Assembly (NCBI GenBank): GCA_030141605.1
Contig: JAQGDQ010000160.1
Coordinates: 186,001-250,000, forward strand
Length of the DNA: 64,000 nucleotides
Direction: 5' to 3'
DNA from: Tubiluchus corallicola
Lineage: Eukaryota; Animalia; Priapulida
Position 1 is the first letter of the stretch; each line of letters opens with the position of its first letter. Below the pieces are notes generated by a model, which saw nothing but the letters and a program-made list of their open reading frames with translations, searched no databases and was not told the DNA's origin. This document shows positions 1-13,345 of the stretch, one piece after another. A program made the translations under genes and the position numbers.

Positions 1-228
1 AACACCTCGGTTTCCGTGGTCATGTACATCTTGCATCACTGAAGGAACTTCCTACATATCGTTTGCACTGAATGTGTATCAATAATCCATAAAAATATGG
101 GTAAAAGTACAGAAAAGTATAGGTCTAGATAGACCCTCGGTCTGATTCAACTTCGGCTATAAGGGACATCAGATGTAAGGGACAGTTTTTTTTGGTCCCG
201 AGGTGTCCCTTATATCCGAGGTTGACTG
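1..228. mobile_element. Right end of a Tc1/mariner-superfamily (pogo/Tigger-like) DNA transposon, truncated by the window edge
   Basis: Ends ...GTCCCTTATATCCGAGGTTGACTG followed by TA (229-230). The reverse complement TA|CAGTCAACCTCGGATATAAG is a typical pogo/Tigger-type terminus, with internal AAGGGACA/GTCCCTTA sub-repeats. The partner TIR is outside the window. Confidence 0.6.
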
Positions 229-1866
229 TAGTAGTGTCAGCCATCTAGATAACGTTAACAAAAAATGTTCTTAGCTGCTCCATCATTTCAACATAGTGCA
301 TTTACTATCAGCATCAGTGACATTTTTATTATCATGTCACTGAGTGTACAAATTGACGACTCGTGCAAATAATCATGTATTTAACTTAAAATGTAATCTT
401 GATTGTACTTTTACTACAAATACTATTTTGAATCAGTTTCAGCAATGTATGTAACTGGTATCTATTTCCCATCTGCTCTCAATTCCAATTATTCTATGAA
501 TCTGCTTGTAGTACAGCCTTGCAAAGCAAAAACTGCTAGGTAGGATTCTGTGAAATTAGTGCAGCTGGGTTTAGAATATTTAAGATAGTTATTTATTGTA
601 TTTTAACGGTTGTTTGAAACCATTTTATGTATTTTTAGAATTATCGATTAGAATTTTTTCAGTATTTTAACAAGGATTAAAATATTTCCTTGCTGTGTAA
701 TGCTGTGATTTTTGGATAGCTTTCATCGCCTGAGTGTGATATACACTGCTAGTTCCATAATTAAATTTTATTAGGAGTAGTACCTGTGCAATGATCATGC
801 ATTGTTAATAATATGTGATAAATAGATTTTTACTGATTGCATTTGTAATGGAAAACTTGCAATCCAGTGTACTTGTCAGGGTTAAGTAAATGTATGCTGA
901 GTTTTTACCATTGACTTTACTCAAATATGCTCAATTATGAGAAAAAATTCTTGCATTTAATAAAAAGACAATACAGTAAAAGTCTATGCACATGTTTTCA
1001 TGGATTGAGAAAGTGATTTCATGATTTCATAGCATCCTTTGGTGAAGTTTGAGTTTTTTGAGAAGGAGCAATGATAGTAAATGAAAAGTTTTTATATTTC
1101 AAAGTTAAATTGAAAGTACATCCAATGCAGGCTTACTATACATGCACTTAGAAAATACTCCAGCTAAAAATTAAGTAAATATGTCTGCCAATGTGCAATT
1201 CCCAAAACAACACTTAAGAGCTCCTAGACAAGGCCAAGTCTAGCAAACGCTATGGCAACATGATGTAGTAACATGCTCATGTAACTGTGAATAGCATAGT
1301 TACATGTCATGCTATATATCACACAAACAGTACCCTATATCAGCATTGTAGCTGTGTTATTAACAGTAAAATGCAACAGGCAAAAGTTTCTTAAGGTGGA
1401 TGCCACAAACTGTAGGACAAACAAAATTAAATTTAAAATTATACACTGTGCTTTTAATTAAACAAAACTAGCCTGTAAAACGTTAATGTGGTTTTTACTA
1501 TTACTAATGCTGCTGCTAATAATTTTTAGTACTCAGAAAGTATGCATTCAAAGTTGGTAAACTGATGGCAATTTCCACCTTGTCAACAAGCTTTCATATA
1601 ACGGTGTGCCATGATCGCACATCATAATTTCTAGCAGTTCTTAAATAACTTCATATTACACAAACACTCCTAACATACTTGTGATATATATATATATATA
1701 CAAACATCAACATAGACTCTTTTTTTATGTCAGTGAAACTGTGCATCATACTTCAAAGTTCAAACTCTAATTTTTAGGTGTCTCGACCGGATCATGTTAT
1801 AAGCAGTTCCAAACAAAGCTTTGATGAGCAAATCGTAACACATTGCGTTAATTAGATACTTAATAT

Positions 1867-2190
1867 CAGGGCTGAATTAACGTGTGTTGGTGCCTTAAAT
1901 ACACACAGCACCTGGTGCTCTGACTCTCTCCTTTGCCCAGCGTCACTACGTGCAGGTTTTGCAACTCGAAGCATTAGAGCTTTAATGTAAATTATGCGAC
2001 ATATTTTTTTTAAATCCTCGAGAGACAATCGTTGCACCTCACTATTTGAACTATGAAAGATTTATGGCCTTAAAGTACTTTATTAAAATTTTATCTGTTT
2101 TAAATTTATTTATTTTTTGTCAGCTTGGTGCCCCTGAGCCTTGGCGCCCTAAGCACATACTTAGTCTGCTTATGAGTTAATCTGGCCCTA
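1867..2190. mobile_element. hAT-type MITE, 324 bp
   Basis: Termini CAGGGCTGAATTAAC ... GTTAATCTGGCCCTA form an imperfect TIR. The flanking 8-mers CTTAATAT / CGTGATAT match 6/8, consistent with a decayed 8-bp hAT TSD. GGTGCCCC/GGCGCCCT subterminal motifs are present. Confidence 0.6.
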
Positions 2191-2253
2191 CGTGATATAG
2201 TAAACACAGCAGTAGAGTAACTAAGCGACGCAAATATTTTTGTCACCGAAACA

Positions 2254-5200
2254 CTATCGTATTTTATCCAGCTCAGATTCAGATGTATTTCCTAGGGTGT
2301 CTGCGAGTATTTGTGGCTTCGTTGACATCAACTTTTCCTGTTTCTTTTTGTTGATTGACTTGTTTTTCTTCTTTGAGTTTCTTCTAAAATCGAATAACAG
2401 TAAGAATTTAATACCAATTATCATTATTTTAACAAATTGAATTGATATTTTGCAAGTGTGCGTTTTTCAGGAAGCCGATACACAATCAATTTTGCGTGGT
2501 CTTTTCTTTTGATTTTACAATTAAATTAAAAAATCAGACCTGGATAAAGCTTACATGGAGCTGCTTGAATTAATGAACTTCCCACAGCTTTTGCGACCCT
2601 TAAGAATTTCATTGCCACAAAAGTTGACGCATGAAAATTAAAGTACACAAGTACACTAAACTACAATCGCGCGTGTGTCTCTAATTCTAGTCACAGCAAA
2701 AATTGCAAAAATTATTCTTACCTGCTACAACATATTATGCAATACGCAATATAGCCGACCGGAAATACGATTATGACGACAATGGCAGCTAGAAACAGAG
2801 GCATCACAGGGGAGTGCATAATCCTGTCTGTTCTTAGTTCAGCTAAAAAATCAGTAATTAGACAATATGCGATAAATCATTTTAGGTTTGGTACACAGAA
2901 GAACAAAAACTTGACAAATAAAAAATGTGAAATAGTAAGATTAGTGTTGCGCAATTAAATGCTGTGTGAGCGCTACTACGGACAAGCTAATACTTCGTCT
3001 TATGATTGAGAATGTGCACAGGACGAAAAACTGACACAGCGGGTGCGTGAAAAGCCCGCGCTTTATAGGAGATGATCTGATGGTGGCATGGTGTGTCACA
3101 TGCGAGGAGTGACTTTTTGACTTTACTTTAAACGTGACAAACCAATTTCGCCCATATATAGTGAAACATCCATTATTATTAAACAGAAGGAAGACCATAT
3201 AGCACAAACTGATTTAGCACATAAAACATTATATTGAGAGGGAATGATTATTATTATTTGTTTAAGTATGACGTTCATGAAATATTACGACACTGACGCG
3301 AAAATTTATTTATTTATTTATTATTTATTATGCACAAGAAATAGATATATACATTTTATAAACTGTTGCATAATGAAAGTTACATAATGACTTAAAATGA
3401 CTGCTTAATAAATGTTACACAGTGACACAAAATTTGTCACACAATGGCAAATTCTGTCATGTTACATAATGCTACATTAATTGTCACAGAATGAGCCTAT
3501 TGTTACATAATGAATGTCAACAAATGTACTTTAATTCATCATCATTTTTAATAGGCCTACTTACGTCTCACTGCATACTCCCACTTTAGTATAAATCCTC
3601 TGCCATTTTCAGTTTGCCACTGAGAACGCTGATAAGATTTGTGTCTAACGGACATAATGTTAGACGGCAATATCCCTACACGTATGTTAGTGGCGTGAGT
3701 GTCATTTCCCCACGTCATGAGAGGCAAACTTGTACATGGCACCTCCTTCAGTAAGCACTCGTCATCTGAAAATCACGAGCACTCCGCATAAAAAATTACG
3801 TGCTAGCTACCATTTCATTAGTGTTTCTTGGTGACAGATGGCAAACACACCGCAATTTACAAAACGCGTTTTTATTTTTTGTCAAAATTATTCAAATGGT
3901 CTATGTTTTGCAGCCACTATCAGACATCTTTAGCAGCTTTTTCATTAAAATGGAAATCTAAAGCCAGTATGTTCACATTTCCTTTATGTCTGTCCACATT
4001 GAAATGGTTTACAGGGATTGTTTATTCAGCTCTGACCCATTCAATCATAACTGCTGTTCTAATGTTCTTGCCTCAGTTAATTCACAGGCTTCCTAGCTTT
4101 CGGCCTAGGTAGTTCCTCTTTATACTCAGTTCCTCTTTATACTATACTAAACTTACCGTAAAGTTCTAACTTTGTGCCGGAGTTGTCATCAGGGAATGAT
4201 ATTACTAGTGATTTGATTTTCAACATTCTAGTCTGGCGAGCTCCGTACGATGCATTGCTGAAGTCCACCACCCATCGACAATCATAATATGCTGGGTACT
4301 GAAGGGGGTAATTCAGCGATTCTATCATGCCGTCATATAGAAACAAACTGGAAAAGACGATATGGCTAAATTCGTCATTTCAGATATAGATGTACCGCAA
4401 TGACTGCGTGATTTTGGCCCGTGAGTCTCAACTTAAACGTCGAGGTCGTTTACATCAAGAAAAGTTTCGAAAGACGAAATATAAAAGCTCAAAAAATTTT
4501 TATGCCAGAAAATTCATTGCTTTCAAATTTCAAAAGGCCTCCAAAAATTTATGTCAGCACTAACTCTAGAGACGTTGAGGCAGACTCAACCAAACAAGGG
4601 AAATTAACTGACAAGATAGCAGCATTGACCTATGAGAACTCTTCTTGGGTCAGCGACCGTGGTACTGACTAAAGGTGATAAAAAATCTTGCCATTTTGAA
4701 AACATTTGGACACGTTTTTGTATCACTGTAAACTCATACTATTATCACGACATTTCCAAAAAGCTGTTAAAAGGTGTTTAGGTATATAAAGCACTTCTAA
4801 ATGTTTTACAAATGCATTTACGTCGCCAAAATACGAACGCCATTTTAGCATTTTTGGAAACATTCCAAACGCTTTAAGATCTATGCCGAAGGTAAAGTCA
4901 CAAACAGCGGTATAACAGCAGACATCTGTGCCTATGCTTAATGATTTCAATAATCAGGATGTTTTAACAACCAAGACAAAGAAAATTTCAGTCTACCAGA
5001 TATCATGTGGGTGTTATCAATAATTTACTAAGAGGACATAGAAACGCAGAGAAGACTCTGCCTCAGTAACTGTATTGTTTACAACTGCGAATTTCACGAA
5101 TAATTTTGGGGCTTTCCTTCTTTCTCTATGATCGACCAAGTGTATAATTGCTAGCCTAATTTAGCTACCTATAGCTAATCACGGCCTATTGATTAATGAC

Positions 5201-8200
5201 ACAATGATTTACTGTTGAATAACGAGCAAGGTTAGTTTATAAAAGGCAAATCGTGTTTCACCTGCTGAGTGGTTTCACCTGAAGCCCTGGGGAATGGGAA
5301 TTTCCTGGTACAGGTGAGCAAAAAATAGGCCAGCTATTACAATATAATTAGAATCATTGTTTATTGTACCAACAGCAATGAAGCGATGTCATTTTCCTTT
5401 CACAGCTGACAATAGCAAATTTATATTCGACGTCAAATTTTCAGCCGTAATTGCATCATACCGATTTAGCAGTTGCCAACTTCGTTTTCTTTGACCTTGC
5501 CCAGCTCTTAGAGCACTTACGATGAACTTACACTGATTGTCTATTTCTGTTGCCTTCATCATGATAATCCAAACCAAAAATAATTTCACTATAATTATAC
5601 CAAATGCTATTACGATTATTTTGGTGAAAAAGCTCATACGTAAATTAATTAATTAGCAACAATAGCACCACCGTTATAAACTTTAAGAGAATACCTGCAC
5701 AAATACTTTGCCAAAAATGAGATTCGAATAATTGTCTTGATGCCCAAAGCGTGAGTTTTTTGGCTAGTACATACAACATTATAATACAACATCATTTTTG
5801 TCGATAATAATAGACATTTGCTTTTCAACTATTACGGTGATGTATTCAAATTCCCGCCAGACCATTACAGACAGCAATTTGTCAGGATATATGCGGACAG
5901 TTATAATCAGCTCTGGCTATACCTTAATTTCCCGAGATAGTTTTAATTAGTTCCACAATTAGCTCACCGACGGTATTAACCAATATTATACATAGTCCTA
6001 CTGCATCACACGCCACCTTACATTAGTCATACTGGCGCATACAATGCATGCAACATTACATCATACCGCGATTTACCGCAATGTATCAGATACAGCATTA
6101 TGCCAATAATGTCCTAGTCACAACTCACAAACGGCTGATATCACCCCACAACACAAAACAGTGAAACATGCAACCGTACCATAATTTATATCGAACATTT
6201 ACGTCGCGTTCTTTTCACCTTATTGGCCTATCACTTTACATCATCTCGCACCCTATATTGCCCCATTGGCCCATACAATACACTGAATAATTTTGCACAC
6301 GTCACTGTAATAGACATACAACACAGATAGCACATTTTATTACTACACAAAACTTAATTAACTCAAAATTCGACAACACTGCTTTCGAGGCAGCAGAATA
6401 AATTGCATCTAGGTCCATCCTCGGCCTGTATCTCATGAAGCCACATTAAATTGTAGCAATTATTTTTATTATGTATTGCATAGAACATCACATTAGCACA
6501 CAACAACGACTTCTGTTACATGTATTAACATAAGATCACATTATTTACCTTTTGTTATATTGTGCTATAGTAATGCCAGTCAGCCAGTCAAAGCACAGGT
6601 GTCTGATCATACCTCCACTCGGTTGTATAACACTGCCGTTTTCATCTAAGCGAGTTCTTGGTAGCACCTGTATTGCTTCTGTAAGATTTTGAAACGATTA
6701 ATTCTTGAACAGTGTTGTTATTTTAACATTACGCTGAGGCTAACTCAATTTTATTATAATGAGGGAACCGTTTTTATGACAAATAAAGAATTAATATATA
6801 TATATATATATATACATCCACCGTCGCTACATACTATGATAACGACAAAACAACCAAGGCAAGAACGAAAATGAAAACGTTACCAGTGACACAAAGTAAG
6901 TCGGCCATGGACAATGACGACAACGATGACAACAACAACGACCACGACAATGATAACAATAACAACAACATTGGAAAGCGTACATAATTGGTCTTTTTCT
7001 TACTAAATTACCGTATGTGATCCATTTAGAAACTAAAGTATTTTAATTCTTGATGCCTAGATATATTTTTTAATAATTACGCGTTGTTACCTGTAGTTGG
7101 TTTGGTTTCCTCACATATACTAGGTGTAAGTTCCTTCGTAATATCAGTGATGTTTTTGTCTGTGCAAGTAAGTTGAATCACTGTACAGTTGTCAGTGTCT
7201 ATATAAGCCTGTGTACATTCCTCCAAAGTTTTAGGTCGCCTTTTCTTGCAGTGCACCTACCAACGCAAAGTGACAGCATTAAAAGACTCTATCGCGTCAA
7301 GTGCATCTTCCTTAATAAGTACAACACCCTCACCGTCACAAGTCTGGTTGTGTAAAAATATTGAGTTTACAACTAATTGGTGCAACTAAACCCGGTCTGC
7401 CACTGAATGTCAAACACAAATAAATTAAGAGAACAGTTACAAAATTCTTTTTGAGAACATCAATATCTGTGATCGCGCCACCTCTGAACTTTTTCAAGAG
7501 AAATTGCAGGCCGATTACATACTATCTAGACATATTCGCATAATTTTAGGCATTAATAAGCACACCTATGCAGAAATACATTTGTTAGCGGCTAAGTTTA
7601 GTAGTCCACCCTCCTTCAAGCTCAAGAGAGGAAGGAATGCATCTCGTGGAATTGATGTTCAAAGGTTAAACATGTCCTCTAAACGAAGAAACTGGAGTTA
7701 CTTACTGGTTGGACAATTTAATATAATTTTAGACATTGACAAGAGAACTACGCACATTTACACCATTTTACAGTCTTCAGAATTTAAAGCCTAATGCATT
7801 GGAACATATGAACGTACAGAGCCAAAAGAAACAAAAATTTTTCGACGCACTGGATGCCAGAAAGCACTCAGGCGAGCAGAACTCATTATGTTGTAACGTT
7901 ACCGAAACCTGACTCAATTATCAAGCACAACAACGAGTTACTGAACCAACAGAGGTGACTCAGTCATCTTCAGAAGCATTATATATCTTCACTCAACGAT
8001 GTAAACAGTCGTCTTGCCAGGACTAGAATTGAAATCACGTCATTCAAACGAAGCCTTATTCACTCAGCTCACCTCGTCACCCAGTATAAAGAAGCTCAAT
8101 ATCATTGCAAAATCCAGCAATCGAAAAATTGCCATTCAGAAGTTTGAGACGATTAAGAATGTCGAGTAAGACAATAATTATTACATATCTGATGAAAAGA

Positions 8201-11200
8201 TTTTCATACCTGTAAAATGTGATTAATACACGCACTCACATTTTTATTTAACTTTTTTACAATTTACCATGTCGTATTACAGCTAACACATATCTAGTTT
8301 CGTCTTCTTTATTTTAAAGTACACAGATCTATGACTTAAGAAGAAATTAACTAGCTAAAATTCAAACTAATTACTCTCTAATGACTTTCATTCTACAACT
8401 AAGCGGGCATTTCTTGCACAATAGACGCCAATCGCACGTATTGATTAACATACTTCCAGTTTCACTCGATGGTGATTGTAATGTGCCGTGTACAAGTTCG
8501 GGTCTGCAAACATTTTATTCCACATGACGAAATTTTCCCTGCCCACAGCCTTACACATCAGGCGTCCGTACATGTGATCAGAATTGTTCTGATGAGTTTC
8601 CAATAAACGACGAGAATAGCAGACCGTATGCCATTCGTCACGTCGATAAATTTGTAAAATCGACCTGAAATTTGTGGCCGCTAGAAAGGGCGTCTCTGAC
8701 CAAAGCCTCATCCGGTCTGAAAAATTCAGTTAGTTATTATATAATATAATTATGTATGAGTAATTGGCCATTTGCTGCCGTATTTTAAATTTTGTTAACA
8801 AACTGCAAAAGAAAGAACAACAGTCGACATTTCTTTCTTAATCGAGATTGAAATTCTTTTTTTCATAAACATATTATCATTCTCACCATTGTCAGCATAC
8901 CTCTCTGTTATAAAGAGATATCAAGTGATTGTGCTCTTTTGTATTAGATATTATTTTTCTTTATAAAAACAATAGTTTTTCTCACCTAAAATTTATATTT
9001 TCTTTCATGAATTAAGAAGAAACTTGGGTGTTTAATAATTTAACCTAACACACAAGTAAGTTTCGTCAATTTTTTTCTTTTATTATTATAAACTGTATTT
9101 TACTATTGGGTATGAATAGAATAAAATAAATAAATAAAGTAGTTTTACAGTGTTTACTCGTATCATTGGATATGGACTAATTTTTACAAAACTGACAAAA
9201 GAAATTTTGCGACATTTTCGCAGAGTGAGCGAAAGCTATGTTCAGTTCAGAATCTTGTTTTAAGAAACGGAGTTTGTGTTCTATGTTTATTTACCTAGTT
9301 ATTGATTGAATAAACAGACTTTTTGTAAAAGTAATTTGAATTTATTTCGCTCTCACAAAGCAAAATATTTATCAGCAAAATTATGATACGACTATAAGCA
9401 GCAGTCTCAGCATTTGATGAATACTAATTACTTTAGTTATAGTAAAACAGCGTATATTTCATATCTTGCAATTTTACCATTTATTCACACTGTGCGACAT
9501 ATTGCGCGATTTTTACTTGCTACTTTTTTAAATTTAAACCAGTTTGGTCGGTAGCACGTAAGAATTCATTTTGGCTAATTTCTGTGTGGTGAAGGCATTT
9601 CACAGACAAACAAAAACGATTTCAAACAAGTTGTCGTAATGTGTGGAAAAGCTGTTACATGCACATGCGACAGCAATGCCGTAACAAGTGTCGCAGACAT
9701 GACTATCAAGTTGATCTGCTGGCTCAGTCTTGATGCAATCCGTCAGAGATGACTCCCTTCCAAAACAATTTTCCAGATGAACAAACTGCTTCGAAACTGG
9801 ACTCAATTTGAAAAACCAGAATGAACCGCCGCTTGGATAGCCGAGCTCCTTACAGACAATGTCTAAAAATAATTAACAGAAACAAAAATTTAAACTGGTC
9901 AGTAAATTTAAATTATTCAATTATCTGCTCTTCAGGGGTAAAAAATGAACTATTTTTATTCTTTAATTGCCATGAATTTTTTTGTAACAATGTGAGTTTT
10001 CTATGATATAAACTTCGAGATGGAACTGCCCCAAAAAAGATTATTGCTTCTGTAATACTGAAATAAGATGAAGAGCTACACCAGCTTGTTTAATTAAACC
10101 CCGCTAACGCCTCACGGGATACAGGGCTGATAAAAACATTGTCAAAGAGAATTACAAATAGTTGGTGAAACAGGCTTGGGCCGAAACTCGACTTTGCTAT
10201 CAGTGAATAAAAAGCAATACATGTACACTTACTAGAAGAATGCTGAAAAACATTTGGCCTATTTTTGAGTGCCATGTTAGCCCTCGCAGCTTGAATTATT
10301 ATTCTTAAAGATTTGTGACTTAGCTATGGCTGCTAGCCTGACCTGTATAAAATGGCTTCCATGACTCACTGCAAACTGGCGTCCATTGTCCATTTTTATT
10401 TTGCATTTCCAATACCCCAAAACGGTTGAATTCTGTATCCCGTTGATCTCGTAGCCTCACCTTCTCTTTATCTGCACAGACAACGTGCAACAAACCTGCA
10501 AAACGCGTCTGTGTTTCAATCTACTTATCCAAGCGAGTTTGTTTTAACGTAATAACGTTACTAAAACATTTTTCGTCTTGAAATCGCTTTGTTTTCCCCT
10601 AGACTATTATTTAAGTAATCACTTCTATAAACTTAGCCGGTAGACCTAAGATAGCTGAAATCTTTGCTATTACAGGAATAAATAAAAACAATGAGCCGAA
10701 GGAACTATAGGCATATTAGTTACTGCTCGCGCACGAAAGTTGAGAAACAGATATTGGCCGCGTTGTGCGGTATGTGCAATTGCCAGCAGTGACAATGCCA
10801 GCAGTGGATTTTGTTTCAGGTTTAAACTCTTCGTTCAGGAAAATTTCATCAGACTTAAACTCTGGCATTGTTATTGTATCAACGCAAATTATCGATAGGC
10901 TTTTTGTAAAATGGCCCGTGTGATCTGATATCGTTGCACCCCGGCGTCTTTTAATGTGAATAACAGATAATCACAAGGTAACAAGTTTACAGTTCCTAAA
11001 AAGCATTTATATTTTTACATTTTTTCTGACGATGGATTTAGATTTTTACACCAGCCATACTTTTGTCGTGGGATTGCATGGACAGGATCCAAATCTTCCT
11101 AATACTGTATTAATTATTTGTTATCTTTTCAGTTTTTGTATTAGGTTTTCGCATTCTTATAGCAATACCGATAAGAACGCATAATATAAAGCGTTTTCCA

Positions 11201-12110
11201 CAATCCCGCTAGGTAAACAGACAACAATGTGCAATTGTATGTTTCGTAATAATGCATGCTATATTTTATATTAGACTTACAAATCTATACAGGCATGTAC
11301 GAATAAGGAGAAAAATGTTTTTCCGATGTTTCGTCACATTCCCGTACAAATTCCTAAAGACATGTGGATAAAATGGGTTAATTAATGTCGAATAAGACTA
11401 ATAACAAAACAGTATGGACAACTTGGCTGTTCTCCTTTCCTTTATTAATGGGGAAAACAGTTTATAGGCTATTTTATTATTTTTAGTAACGTTTGAAGTT
11501 ATTGTCTGACATTAGTCGACGCATCCAATGTATTAACAAATGTCTTTAGCCTAAAATAATATTTCAGTAGCATCTATTTAGTTCAAAATACTGAATGAAG
11601 ACGTGAAAAGTTTTAGTTTCGAGTTTAGTCAAATTACTAGGCCCTACTTACTTTACAAAAAAATTTATAAGTTACACTTTGGTCTATTCAGCCTCTTAAT
11701 TATTTTAGTTTTTTAAGATTTTTATACAATTTGACTTTCAGCCTTCAGATTAGCATAACTCAAGTTAATCATGACAATAACTATGATGATGCTAATGATG
11801 ATGATGGTTGAGTGGTGGTGGTGATGATGGTAACGTCGGATGATGAATAGATATATTATAATTATAAGCCTATTACCATTGTAATATTATGTGCTGCTGT
11901 TTTAATACAGCGTGATTTTATTGTTTTGTAGTAGGCAAATAAATTTAATTTAATATAGTGACGTTAATGATGATGATAATACTAACAATAACAACAATAA
12001 TTAAATGTGTTTCAATTGTTGTTCAAAAATTTTGTCATCTTACCTAAAGTAATGATCACTATGATCATCTGAATACGATAGCAGTCGCTTATAGACAGTA
12101 ATTTTCTCAT
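2254..12110 (-). CDS. Type I transmembrane protein: signal peptide + 2 SRCR domains + CUB domain + TM + Lys-rich tail (~534 aa, 11 exons)
   Basis: Hand-spliced GT-AG exons 12044-12110, 10343-10495, 9659-9862, 8454-8716, 7091-7256, 6613-6678, 5262-5304, 4157-4347, 3565-3765, 2722-2842 and 2254-2383 sum to 1605 nt in one open frame. Signal peptide ...MIIVIITLGLLHVVCA; SRCR1 VRL..GVLEM..GQWTPVCSESW...DIVCKELGY...CFGRESSLTDC...IAVAC; divergent SRCR2 (LQIYRRDEWHTVC...LMCKAVG); CUB GMIESLNYPLQYPAYYDCRW...GRGFILKW; TM LFLAAIVVIIVFPVGYIAYCIICC. The two short linker exons (6613-6678, 5262-5304) are the least certain. Confidence 0.8.
3363..3520. repeat. Degenerate minisatellite of GTTACATAATG/GTCACA-AATG units (intronic)
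   Basis: GTTACATAATG occurs three times, plus variants GTTGCATAATG, GTCACACAATG and GTCACAGAATG, within about 160 bp. Confidence 0.5.
5990..6545. repeat. Decayed A/C-rich pentanucleotide-like microsatellite
   Basis: Long run of ACATT/ATCAC/ACACA/ATACA-like units with strong A/C skew on the plus strand. Confidence 0.4.
6911..6971. repeat. (AAC/GAC/AAT)n trinucleotide microsatellite
   Basis: acaatgacgacaacgatgacaacaacaacgaccacgacaatgataacaataacaacaaca. Confidence 0.8.
7892..8185. mobile_element. Candidate solo LTR, 294 bp
   Basis: TGTAA...TTACA termini. The flanking 5-mers TATGT / TATCT match 4/5. It contains TATAAA and two TGACTCA motifs. No second copy in the window confirms it. Confidence 0.35.
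11770..11848. repeat. Degenerate (GAT/GGT)n microsatellite
   Basis: atgatgatgctaatgatgatgatggttgagtggtggtggtgatgatggt. Confidence 0.7.
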
Positions 12111-13213
12111 TTTCCATTAACTACTATAAATGATTTCACATAGTTCCACATGCGTTCATGTTTTTTATTTTCACAGAAAAAATGCAGAAATTACGGAGTC
12201 ACACTGAAACCAGCAAATACACATTATTACATGGGCATTCCATGAGTGTTACGTGATCCACTTTCTAGTACAAGAGGCTCATTTACTGGCTCCACGTTCA
12301 GCTTCGATCACTTCTAGCTACTTTGATTCTTGAGACGCTGACCGGCTGACGCGATTTTCGTCCTCAAAACCGCAAACGAAACCAAAGATCAATGGTTCAT
12401 TATATTTCATTGAAGCCATACAATGTCTAAAACTGCCATTCCTTCGTTTAGGGAAGCGTAATTTAATTTCTGGAGCTCGTTTGCTGCATTTATCGAGCAC
12501 CAGTCTACGTCTATCTGTAGTCATTATGTGACATTGAAGCAGCCAGTTAGAGTATTTTGCTTTGCTATTTGCTAAAACTTTTTGTTACCCGCGCGGCTAA
12601 CTGCTAAAATTTAGCAAGGTTTTCGCATGTATTTGATTATCATGAGTCACTTATTTCACGTGAAACAAATAATGTGATACCTAGTAACGTCTGCCAGTTG
12701 TAAATGTGTAGCAAGACAATCAGAAAGCAGACAGCATGTTTTCATCCTAAGATTTTTATGTTTAGTAGGCCTACACTAGGTTCTTATAATTGTTAATGTC
12801 ATATACATAAACTACAGATTGTTTTTCCACTGTGCGATGCCATTTACTTCGAATTCTGGGAGACTACAGAAGGTTACTACAACTTTACTTGAAGAGGCCA
12901 AAACTTGTTTTTGATTGTTGTGACCTTCAAACGACCTTTGGAGTTTACACTCAACTGACAACTCAAAAGTTTAACGCGCTTCCATTGCTAACGAACTTAA
13001 GCATTCGATGCACATGTTTCAAAGCACATTGGAGCCAACAGATTTCGCCGGACTCAGATTTTCATGATGTTTTGGTTATGTGAAAAAAGTTTATATAACT
13101 GAAAGGGCACCATATTTGCGCACACATACATACCTGCAGAGTTAAACCCCATTATATCATAAAGTGAAATATTATGCCACTTCCTCGACCTTAATGGTAC
13201 CGTCAAATGAATG

Positions 13214-13345
13214 CAAGTAAACAAAGAAATAAACAGACAAACAAAAAAATAATGAAGCAAACTAACAAACAAACAAGCAAATAGACAGACAGACAAGCAA
13301 ACAGACATACAAACAATCAGACAAACATACAAACGCATGAATGAA
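13214..13345. repeat. Degenerate (ACAA/ACAG)n tetranucleotide repeat
   Basis: acaaacaaacaagcaaatagacagacagacaagcaaacagacatacaaac. It explains the spurious hydrophobic ORF at 13054-13491. Confidence 0.8.

Noticed and set aside
11281-11353. Minus-strand 73-nt segment with good AG/GTAAGT sites as an extra exon of the SRCR-CUB gene
   Set aside because: It has a TGA in the required phase, and the flanking exons join in frame without it.
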